A stretch of 64,000 bases of DNA, from the NCBI GenBank assembly GCA_963705985.1, contig CAVPLK010000003.1, positions 67,745 to 131,744 of the forward strand. The letters are read 5' to 3'. Source of the DNA: an uncultured Gemmatimonadales bacterium. GTDB taxonomy: Bacteria > Gemmatimonadota > Gemmatimonadetes > Gemmatimonadales > GWC2-71-9. Positions 56,589 to 64,000 of the stretch are shown here, in pieces. The notes beneath the pieces were generated by a model. It worked only from the letters and a program-made list of their open reading frames with translations, was not told where the DNA came from and did no database searches. The first letter of the stretch is position 1. Each line of letters starts with the position of its first letter. The position numbers and the translations under genes were made by a program.

Positions 56589-57224
56589 TTATTTTCCGGC
56601 GATGTTCGTCGATCGCTTCCGACCTCGTCGCCGGGCCTTCTCCAGCATGACCAGGAAGCCGAAGGTCTGATCCTTGATCTGTGCGTGGCGCAGCAGGTCC
56701 CAATGACGGTTCAGGTGTTCATGCAGGAATTCGACCACGTGATCCAGCTGCACCACACGGGACCGGCTACGCCCAGTGGGCCGGCCGGTCCCGAAGGCGA
56801 TCAACCTGACGTCGAGCCCGATACCCGAGTCGACCGTTGCTTCCCCGTTCTGAAGCAATCTGTCTACGGCGCTCGCCACGGCATCGGTGGAACAGCACGC
56901 GAAGCGCGAGAGAACTGCCCTCAGGACTTTCGGATTGGTCGCTCCCCGATTCAGGGTGGGCGCTCCTTCCTTGACCTCTCCGATGAGCAGGTGGCCTCGG
57001 TCCGTCGCTACGCCCAGGGCCGGGTCTGGTCGAAAGTCGGCACCACGGCCCGATCCGATGGTGACCAGCCCTCCGGCACGGGGGAGTCGGAGGGCGATGA
57101 TGTCAATATCGGTGGCACTCTGAACGCCCCCACCCTCGAGCGCTTCGAGCACCGGGTACTCGGTGACCGTGAAGAAGCCGTTGACGTGCAGGTACGCCTG
57201 CACGAGCCCGACGGCGTTGTCCAT
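56589..57224 (-). CDS. hypothetical protein with PD-(D/E)XK-like motif order
   Basis: Strong RBS (GGAGG 7 nt upstream of ATG 57224). TEYP...DIDIIAL...GEVKEG resembles the E / D / ExK arrangement of restriction-endonuclease-fold proteins. Basic C-terminal tail. Confidence 0.45.
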   Translation of the reverse strand: MDNAVGLVQAYLHVNGFFTVTEYPVLEALEGGGVQSATDIDIIALRLPRAGGLVTIGSGRGADFRPDPALGVATDRGHLLIGEVKEGAPTLNRGATNPKVLRAVLSRFACCSTDAVASAVDRLLQNGEATVDSGIGLDVRLIAFGTGRPTGRSRSRVVQLDHVVEFLHEHLNRHWDLLRHAQIKDQTFGFLVMLEKARRRGRKRSTNIAGK

Positions 57225-57243
57225 ACATACACCTCCAAACAGT

Positions 57244-58107
57244 TCACAACCAGAAATACAACCCCAGTCCGAGGGATGCGATATCTTCGTCGTAGAATTG
57301 ACCGTAGGGTGACGGCCCACTGTACCCTTCGACCAGGATGCTCCAGTGCCGCCCACTGTCCTCGCTGGCACCATGCGGCGAAAACTCCAGGCCAGCCTTC
57401 CCGCTCACCCCCGGAACCCAGGCGTGCTGCTCCCAGAACCGGGCGTCCACTGCCAACACGAAGCGGGCCGCGCCAACGTCCCCGGCACGCAGGACGGGAT
57501 GCACGGCCCGGTACTCGAGGCCTGCGATCAACACCCCCGGCCGCAGTGTGTCCGGCTCACGGTGCACGAGGTACTCGCCTCCGCCGTAGACTCGCCACGG
57601 ACCAAAGTTGCCCGAGAACAGGAGCTCGATCGCCTCGAAGCTGAGGTTGATGCGATCGGGCTGGTACCGAATCAGGTACTCGTCTCCCAAGTGGGAGCTC
57701 TGATGATAGAATTGCACGCGACCTGTGAACCTGTGCGTCCGGAAGGAGACCGGGATGCCGATGATGTAGTCGGCGTTCATGAGATCGGTGGACGGAGACT
57801 CCATGTCGAATTGAGCGAACACGCCACCAGCCAGGCCGATCTGCACGCCTGGCCCGTCGGCCGCGCCGCCCCAGCGCACAATGCCGATGTCCGCGCCGAA
57901 CGCCGTGGCGCCGACCCGGGTATCCCGCAATGGGGAGGAGGCCCAGAGGTAGCTCGCCGAAAACCGCGGCTGCCTCGGACTGGCCATTAGCGGTTGGAAG
58001 AGGTCGCCAGCCGGGAGCCCCACTTGCGCCGAGGCCCCGCCACCACCGAACAACGACAGCGCAAGCGCCACCACCGTTGCCGCCCACCGCGACACCATCG
58101 GCGCCAT
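57244..58107 (-). CDS. DUF1207-like outer-membrane protein
   Basis: Signal peptide ending ASAQ. FQPLMASPRQPRFSASY and FYHQSSHLGDEY motifs as remembered for DUF1207. C-terminal aromatic FWL. Confidence 0.6.
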   Translation of the reverse strand: MAPMVSRWAATVVALALSLFGGGGASAQVGLPAGDLFQPLMASPRQPRFSASYLWASSPLRDTRVGATAFGADIGIVRWGGAADGPGVQIGLAGGVFAQFDMESPSTDLMNADYIIGIPVSFRTHRFTGRVQFYHQSSHLGDEYLIRYQPDRINLSFEAIELLFSGNFGPWRVYGGGEYLVHREPDTLRPGVLIAGLEYRAVHPVLRAGDVGAARFVLAVDARFWEQHAWVPGVSGKAGLEFSPHGASEDSGRHWSILVEGYSGPSPYGQFYDEDIASLGLGLYFWL

Positions 58108-58113
58108 TGTTGG

Positions 58114-58533
58114 TCATCCCTCGAGGGCGGCGGCCGGGCGGTTGCTCCGGAGCCGATGCAGGTATGTCGCCGCGGCAAAGAGCGCCAACCAAACGACGGT
58201 CCGAAGCGACATGGCCCGCAGGCTGTCCGGCGCGACCGCGCCACCGCCCGCGAAGATCGCGATGATACCCGCCAGCACCATCACGTTCAGGACTACAATC
58301 ACGCCGGCAGCCACGCGCCCCTGGCGGAGGTTGCGCCACAGCAGCACCCCCGCTGCCAAGTAGGCAAAACCCATGGCCGTGTTGTACAGCAGCAACGGGC
58401 GGAACACCACGTATCCCGGATCGGCCAGGCCAACGGCGATACGCCCCCCCGCAATGACGGTCATGAGGCCGAACACCAGGGCGACCGTCGCGACAGCGCG
58501 TTGCATGATCCGCGTGGCAGGAGTCCTGGTCAT
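58114..58533 (-). CDS. 4-TM small membrane protein, unknown function
   Basis: 139 aa, four hydrophobic helices. ATGA overlap with the upstream gene. Confidence 0.55.
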   Translation of the reverse strand: MTRTPATRIMQRAVATVALVFGLMTVIAGGRIAVGLADPGYVVFRPLLLYNTAMGFAYLAAGVLLWRNLRQGRVAAGVIVVLNVMVLAGIIAIFAGGGAVAPDSLRAMSLRTVVWLALFAAATYLHRLRSNRPAAALEG

Positions 58534-58964
58534 GGGCGCATGCCCGCATCAGAATGTGCCGGGTGCGGAAGCCGGGCCACCGCGACCCCCAGCCATGCCG
58601 TGCCGACGAGCATCGAAAGGCCTCCGACGAGGACGAGGATCGGCGGCACGCCGAGCAGCACCTCCGCCAGAATCCCGATTGGCATGAGGAGCCCAACCAG
58701 CACCAACCATGAGATCCAGCGTGCCTGCGGCCCAGTCAGCGGGAGCCGGAGCAGGAGGAACCCGAAGACGACATTCAGCAGGGCAAACAGATTGCCGTGC
58801 GCGTGCGCCAGGCGGGACTCAAAGTGCTTCCCCGCTCCGTAGGAAGCGATCCACGCCTCCTTGTCGGGGGCGAAGTCCCGCAGGTAGATGAGCACGAAGC
58901 CGTAGAACATGAATCCCGCCAGAATCGTCAAGCCCGCGACGATGTTCCGCTTTCCTTCGCGCAT
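58530..58964 (-). CDS. 4-TM small membrane protein, unknown function
   Basis: 144 aa. GGAGG lies 6 nt upstream of ATG 58964. Contains a conserved-looking HFESRLAHAHGN loop. Confidence 0.55.
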   Translation of the reverse strand: MREGKRNIVAGLTILAGFMFYGFVLIYLRDFAPDKEAWIASYGAGKHFESRLAHAHGNLFALLNVVFGFLLLRLPLTGPQARWISWLVLVGLLMPIGILAEVLLGVPPILVLVGGLSMLVGTAWLGVAVARLPHPAHSDAGMRP

Positions 58965-59020
58965 GTGACCCTCCGTGATTGTGGTGGGGCCACACCTGGG
59001 CGGCCCCGGTGTCGTTGCCA

Positions 59021-60145
59021 TCAACTCGTGCGTTTTTCGAACCGGCTGGCAGCGAGTCCGAGCAGGGCAGCGCCCAGCATCAGCAGCGCCGTGAATTCCG
59101 GCCACATCGCCTGGAACCCGACACCCTTCAGGAAGACGCCGCGTACGATGATCAAGTAGTGCCGGACCGGGTTGAGGTACGTCAGCCACTGGAACACGTC
59201 CGGCATGCTACTCACCGGGAACATGAACCCAGACAGCAGAATGGCTGGCATGAAGACCAGGAAGCTGGCCATGAACGCTTCCTGCTGTGTGGCCGAGACG
59301 GTCGAAATCAAGAGCCCGACGCCGAGGCCCGAAAGCAGGTAGAGCACACTCGCCGCCAGCAACGGGACGAGGCTCCCCTCGAACGGGACGCCAAACCACA
59401 CGATGGCCACGATCGTGACGATGGTGAGGTCCACCAGGCCGATGATAGCGAAGGGAATGGTCTTCCCGGCGATCAGCTCGCCGGGCGTGAGCGGGCTCAC
59501 CATGAGTTGCTCCAGCGTGCCCAGCTCCCGTTCACGCACGACCGCCAGAGAGGTCAGCAGCAGACAAACGAGCAGGATGATGGCGCCGACGACGGCCGGC
59601 ACGTTGTAGTTCCTGCTGCTGAGGTCAGGGTTGAACCAGGCGCGCTCTCGCAGATCGACGCCCCGCACGAGCGGCGCGCCGCTGAGGCCTGCCCCGAACG
59701 CCTGCACGATCCGCTCGGCGTAGCCCATCGCCACGGTGGCCGTGTTCGAATTGGTGCCATCAAACAGCATCTGGACCTGCGCGCGCCGGCCTCCACGAAG
59801 CGCATCGGTGAAGCCAACCGGGATGTCCAGTGCGACCAGGGCGTCGCCGTACTCCAGCGCCCGCACCGCGTCACGCGCCTGATCCGACCGGCCGGAAACG
59901 CGAAAGTGCCCGGAAGAGGTGAGGGCGGTCACCAAGTCCCGCGAGGCCTGGCTCTGTTCGTGGTCGACGACGAAGAGGGTCGTATCGCGGATATCGGTGG
60001 ACACCGCGTACCCGAAGACGAGGAGCTGTATCAGCGGCGCCACGAAGACCACCCGGGACATGCGCGGGTCCCGGAACAGCTGGAGGAATTCCTTCTTTAC
60101 CAATTCCCAGACTCGCTCCAGGCTGGCGCTCCACGCGGGGCTCAT
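59021..60145 (-). CDS. ABC-2 type exporter permease
   Basis: 374 aa, YbhS/YbhR-like (large periplasmic loop after TM1, five C-terminal TMs). ATGA overlap with the paralog upstream. Confidence 0.88.
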   Translation of the reverse strand: MSPAWSASLERVWELVKKEFLQLFRDPRMSRVVFVAPLIQLLVFGYAVSTDIRDTTLFVVDHEQSQASRDLVTALTSSGHFRVSGRSDQARDAVRALEYGDALVALDIPVGFTDALRGGRRAQVQMLFDGTNSNTATVAMGYAERIVQAFGAGLSGAPLVRGVDLRERAWFNPDLSSRNYNVPAVVGAIILLVCLLLTSLAVVRERELGTLEQLMVSPLTPGELIAGKTIPFAIIGLVDLTIVTIVAIVWFGVPFEGSLVPLLAASVLYLLSGLGVGLLISTVSATQQEAFMASFLVFMPAILLSGFMFPVSSMPDVFQWLTYLNPVRHYLIIVRGVFLKGVGFQAMWPEFTALLMLGAALLGLAASRFEKRTS

Positions 60146-61245
60146 TCGATCACCTTCTTGAACGCGCGCGTCGCGAGCACCAGGCCGAGGATGCCGAAGC
60201 TGATCATCAGGAGCCCTTGGACCCGGAGGACTTCGATGCCGACACCCTTCAGGAAGATCCCGCGGGTCACGACGAGAAAGTAGCGTGCGGGAACCAGGTA
60301 CGTCACGGCCTGGAGTGGAGCGGGCATGATCGTAATGGCGTACATGAAACCGGACAGCAGAAACGCCGGGAGGAACGTGGCCACCATGGCGAGTTGGGTG
60401 GCAAGCAGCTGCGATCGCGCGACGGCGGAGATGAACATCCCCAGGCCGAGGGCCCCGACCAGGAAGGCGGTGCTCAGCAGCAGGAAAAGGAGCGGGTTGC
60501 CTCGGAACGGCACGCCGAAGACCACCACACCAAGCCCGCTGATCAGGAGCACGTCCAGCAGGCCGATGCCCAGATAGGGCAACAGCTTCCCCAGGACCAC
60601 TTCGATGCGTTGGACCGGGGTGGCCGCGAGCTGCTCCATCGTTCCCCGCTCCCATTCTCGCGCAATCGTCAGGGAGGTCAACATGGCGGCGATAATCATC
60701 ATGATCACCGCGACCAGGCCGGGCACGATCATGTTGCGGCTGCGCAGCTCCTCGTTGAACCAGACCCGGCTCTGCAGCTGGATAGCCGGCCCGGCCCCCT
60801 CAGCCACCCCAAGCCGGGAGGAGAATGACCGGGTGATTCCCTGGGTGTAGCCCAGGACGATGCTGGCGGTGTTGGCGTCGCTACCGTCGACGATCGCCTG
60901 CAGAGGAGCCAACCGTCCCGCGCCCAGTGCCGCTTCGAAGCCGGGGGGGATCACCAGGCCAAGCTGCACACGTCCGCGGTCCAGCAGGGGTCCGAGGTCG
61001 CTGGTGCGGTCGGGGCGGAGGTCGACGGTGAAGTATCCGGAAGCTCGGAACGCCTCGACCAAGGCCCGGCTGCTCGCGGAGGCGTCTTGATCGATGACGG
61101 CCATGCGGACGTCGGTGACGTCCCAGGTGATCGCGTACCCGAAGAGCACCAACAGCAATGCCGGGAGCAGGAAGGCCAGCGCCAGGCTCCGGGAGTCTCG
61201 GCGGAGCTGGATGATCTCCTTCCGCGCAATGGCGAACAACCGCAT
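60142..61245 (-). CDS. ABC-2 type exporter permease
   Basis: Paralog of the downstream permease. ATG 61245 chosen; TTG 61275 (overlapping the ATPase stop) is the alternative. Confidence 0.88.
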   Translation of the reverse strand: MRLFAIARKEIIQLRRDSRSLALAFLLPALLLVLFGYAITWDVTDVRMAVIDQDASASSRALVEAFRASGYFTVDLRPDRTSDLGPLLDRGRVQLGLVIPPGFEAALGAGRLAPLQAIVDGSDANTASIVLGYTQGITRSFSSRLGVAEGAGPAIQLQSRVWFNEELRSRNMIVPGLVAVIMMIIAAMLTSLTIAREWERGTMEQLAATPVQRIEVVLGKLLPYLGIGLLDVLLISGLGVVVFGVPFRGNPLLFLLLSTAFLVGALGLGMFISAVARSQLLATQLAMVATFLPAFLLSGFMYAITIMPAPLQAVTYLVPARYFLVVTRGIFLKGVGIEVLRVQGLLMISFGILGLVLATRAFKKVIE

Positions 61246-61267
61246 GCGGCTCAGGCCGCCCAGGCTC

Positions 61268-62221
61268 TCAGTCAACGACCGCCCCCCCCTCGGCGCGGAC
61301 CAACGCCACGAAGACATCCTCGAGGGAGGGGGCGATGGGCGCCAGACCCAGCAATTCCACTCCCCGTGCGGCCAACCGCTCGGGGATCACCGCTTCTGCC
61401 TCGGCCAGGTCCCGCACCACTGCGTGGACGTTGCGGCCAAACAGGCCGGTGTCGAGCACGGCGGGATCGCCCTGCAGCGCCTCGACGGCCCGGGGGCCAT
61501 CGCCGGTGCGGATGCTCAGGATTGGCTCCACCATGCCGGCCCGAAGCCGCTGCGGCGTGTCGAGCGCGATGAGCCGACCCCGGTTCATCAGCGCCAGGCG
61601 ATGGCAGTACTCCGCCTCCTCCATGTAGTGGGTGCTCACGAACACGGTGGTGCCACTCTCGGCCAGGCCGTCAATGAGATCCCAGAACTGCCGGCGCGAA
61701 ATGGGGTCGACGCCTGAGGTCGGCTCATCGAGAAAGAGCAGCGGCGGTTCATGCAGGACGGCGCAGCCCAGCGCCAGACGCTGCTTCCAGCCGAGCGGGA
61801 GTTCTCCGGTCAACCGGGCGCGGTGCTCGGTGAGCCCGGCCATCTCAAGCACCCAATCGCGTCGCTCCCCGCGGCGAGCCCGGTTCACCCCGTAGAGGCC
61901 GGCGAAGAACCCGATGTTTTCCTCCACCGTGAGATCGGCATATAACGAAAAGAGCTGGGACATGTAGCCGATACTGTGCTTGATGGCCTCGCTGTCGGTC
62001 ATGATGTCATGGCCGGCGACCGTGCCATGTCCTGACGAGGGGAGGAGTAGCCCGGTGAGCATCTTGATCGTGGTGGTCTTGCCGGCTCCATTGGGCCCCA
62101 GAAAACCGAAGATCTCGCTCCGTTCGACTTGAAACGACACCTGGTCGACGGCGGTGAATGCACCGAACCGCTTGGTGAGGTCCGCCACGGAGACCGCCAC
62201 GTTGGCGACTCGGGCGGTCAC
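61268..62221 (-). CDS. ABC transporter ATP-binding protein
   Basis: Walker A GPNGAGKTT, LPLGWKQR signature variant, Walker B LLFLDEPT. GTGA overlap with the upstream ATPase. Confidence 0.93.
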   Translation of the reverse strand: MTARVANVAVSVADLTKRFGAFTAVDQVSFQVERSEIFGFLGPNGAGKTTTIKMLTGLLLPSSGHGTVAGHDIMTDSEAIKHSIGYMSQLFSLYADLTVEENIGFFAGLYGVNRARRGERRDWVLEMAGLTEHRARLTGELPLGWKQRLALGCAVLHEPPLLFLDEPTSGVDPISRRQFWDLIDGLAESGTTVFVSTHYMEEAEYCHRLALMNRGRLIALDTPQRLRAGMVEPILSIRTGDGPRAVEALQGDPAVLDTGLFGRNVHAVVRDLAEAEAVIPERLAARGVELLGLAPIAPSLEDVFVALVRAEGGAVVD

Positions 62222-63153
62222 GCCGCGTTCCCTTCCGCAACCAGGGCAATGAACACATCCTCCATCGACGGGACGATCGGGTCGATGCCGGTGACCGTCA
62301 TCCCGCCGCTGGTGAGCGTGGAGCGGAGGTGCTCCGCGTCCTCGCCGCGGTCGCGGAGGGTCACATGCAGCCGGTCGCCGAAGATGGCCGCGCGCCGGAC
62401 CGACGGCAGCTGGAGGGCCAGGTCTCGCGCGGCGCGCGGTCGATCGACCTGCACAGCGAGCACCTCGCCGTGCCTGGCCTCTTGCAACGCACTCGGGAAA
62501 TCGAGAGCGAGCAGGCGGCCCTGGTGCAGGACGGCGAGGCGATCGAAGCGTTCGGCCTCGTCCATGTAGGCCGTGCTCACGACCACCGTCACCCCCTGGG
62601 CCACCATGTCGTGCACGATGAGCCAGAGGTCTCGTCGAGAAATCGGGTCCACGCCAAACGTCGGTTCGTCGAGGAGCAACACCTGGGGCTGGTGAATCAG
62701 CGCACAGGAGAGCCCCAACTTCTGCTTCATTCCCCCCGACAGCTTGCCCGCGAGCCGGTGCTGAAACGGCCCCAGGTTCGAGAAGTGGAACAGCCGTTCC
62801 ATCCGGGCCGGTCGTTCATGGTAGGGGACCTCGTACAGATCCGCGTAAAAGGTGAGATTCTCAAGCACCGTCAGATCGCCGTAGAGGCCAAAGCGCTGTG
62901 ACATGTACGCGATCTGGTGTTTTGTCGCTTCGGGGTTCTTCACGACGCTGACCCCGTTGATGAACGCGTCGCCCGAGGTGGGCCGGAGCACACCGGCCAG
63001 CATCCTGAGCGTCGTGGTCTTGCCGGCACCGTCGGGCCCGAGCAGCCCGAACAACTCACCGGGCGCGACCGTGAACGTCAAGTCGTCGACCGCCACGACG
63101 GCCCCAAAGCGACGCCCGAGGCCGACGACTTGCACCGCTGACGTCTCGGTCAT
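62218..63153 (-). CDS. ABC transporter ATP-binding protein
   Basis: Walker A GPDGAGKTT, signature SGGMKQK, Walker B LLLLDEPT. ATGA overlap with the HlyD gene. Confidence 0.93.
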   Translation of the reverse strand: MTETSAVQVVGLGRRFGAVVAVDDLTFTVAPGELFGLLGPDGAGKTTTLRMLAGVLRPTSGDAFINGVSVVKNPEATKHQIAYMSQRFGLYGDLTVLENLTFYADLYEVPYHERPARMERLFHFSNLGPFQHRLAGKLSGGMKQKLGLSCALIHQPQVLLLDEPTFGVDPISRRDLWLIVHDMVAQGVTVVVSTAYMDEAERFDRLAVLHQGRLLALDFPSALQEARHGEVLAVQVDRPRAARDLALQLPSVRRAAIFGDRLHVTLRDRGEDAEHLRSTLTSGGMTVTGIDPIVPSMEDVFIALVAEGNAA

Positions 63154-64000
63154 GGGCGGCTCTCGAGTCGGACGTCGGCCGGCATCCCCGGCTTCAGCTG
63201 GTAGAGCGAATCATCCGTGATCTGCACCTTGACGGCGTACACCAACTTGACCCGTTCCTCCTGGGTCTGGACGGTCTTGGGTGTAAATTCGGCCTCGCTC
63301 GCGATGAACACGACCTGCCCGCCGTATCGTCGGTCCCGGTACGTGTCCGCCGTGATGGTGGCGGGCGCCCCAATCTGGACCGCTCCGATCCGGTCCTCCG
63401 GCACATAGATCCGGACCCAGCGATCATCGAATCGTGTGACCGTGAGCACGGCGCCGCCGGGCGGGACGATCTCCCCCGGCTCACGGTGGCGCGCCGTGAC
63501 GAGGCCGTCGAAGGGGCTGCGAACGGTCAGGTGGTCCAGGGCAGCCTCGAGTGCGCGGACGGCGGCGTCAGCCTGGGCGACCATGGCGCGGGCCCCGTCG
63601 ATGCGCTCCGGGCGGGGTCCGGCCGTCATCAACCCCATCTGCTCCGCCGCCTGATCGCGCTGGCTCCGGGCGATATCAAAGGCAATCTGCGCGCGGTCCA
63701 GCGCCTCCTGGCTGACCGCCCCCCCGGTGTGCAGCGTCCTGGTGCGGTCCAGGGTTTGTTCGGCGTCGTCCAACCGCCGGCCAGCCGCCTCAAGAGCGGA
63801 GGCGGCCTGGGCGACCTCCTCGGCGCGAAACCCCCGTGTGAGTTCCGCCAGTTGGGCTCGGGCCGCACTCGCCTGTGCGGCCGCCTGGTCCCGGCGCGCC
63901 TCGACCTCCACGCGATCCAGCCGCGCGAGGTCCTGATTGGCGCGGACCCGTTCCCCCTCCCGCACCAAGACCGAATCGATCCGGCCCGTCGCGGCGAATC
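63150..64000 (-). CDS. HlyD-family periplasmic adaptor (N-terminus cut by window edge)
   Basis: Long coiled-coil (Ala/Gln/Arg heptads), then a beta-barrel region (PGMPADVRL). The reading frame stays open to position 64000. Confidence 0.85.
   Translation of the reverse strand, partial: FAATGRIDSVLVREGERVRANQDLARLDRVEVEARRDQAAAQASAARAQLAELTRGFRAEEVAQAASALEAAGRRLDDAEQTLDRTRTLHTGGAVSQEALDRAQIAFDIARSQRDQAAEQMGLMTAGPRPERIDGARAMVAQADAAVRALEAALDHLTVRSPFDGLVTARHREPGEIVPPGGAVLTVTRFDDRWVRIYVPEDRIGAVQIGAPATITADTYRDRRYGGQVVFIASEAEFTPKTVQTQEERVKLVYAVKVQITDDSLYQLKPGMPADVRLESRP

Overview
High-GC (by eye about 65-70%) chromosomal window from a Gram-negative-type bacterium, inferred from OM beta-barrels, lipoprotein and Tat signals; phylum cannot be determined from sequence alone. 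It is almost entirely coding, mostly housekeeping genes packed into long operons whose stop and start codons overlap (ATGA, GTGA, TGATG). Plus-strand blocks: accD-folC, hisS-proS-lysA-guaA, dus-larB-corA-GGDEF, an OM channel, tmRNA (ssrA, tag ANDNLALAA), an arylsulfatase, a HEAT / HD-GYP / 7TM-GAF-MCP signalling trio, and folK-panBCD-yqeK-lytR_C. Minus-strand blocks: a GMC oxidoreductase pair and ptsN; a 13-gene, 14-kb block (truA-htrA-purB-purC-psd-pssA-purS-purQ-Zn ribbon-purL-purF-ppdK-purE); lexA; a glycerate kinase; two secreted amidohydrolases; an MbnP/MbnH-type pair with cytochrome c and a Cys/His/Met-rich peptide; an OMP, esterase and ABC exporter; and a long HlyD / 2xABC / 2xABC-2 operon that continues into two small membrane proteins, a DUF1207-like OM protein, a PD-(D/E)XK-like protein and a cytochrome c-prime. 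No CRISPR array, rRNA, tRNA, transposase, integrase or recognisable phage/defence genes were seen. Points worth a second look: (1) eight single-nucleotide indels confined to purC-purB; (2) the HEAT / HD-GYP / 7TM-GAF-MCP module divergent from lexA, whose first two proteins share an N-terminal domain; (3) the stand-alone MbnPH-like locus with extra partners; (4) the ABC exporter operon with no TolC-like gene but unusual passengers; (5) a hairpin repeat family built from CACGAAAR octamers; (6) an orphan consensus-like promoter plus palindrome upstream of a 250-nt structured non-coding stretch; (7) a Zn-ribbon protein coupled into the FGAM synthase genes; (8) a strong G-quadruplex motif in the proS-lysA spacer. 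All calls rest on reading the sequence and ORF translations and on remembered family motifs; no searches were run.
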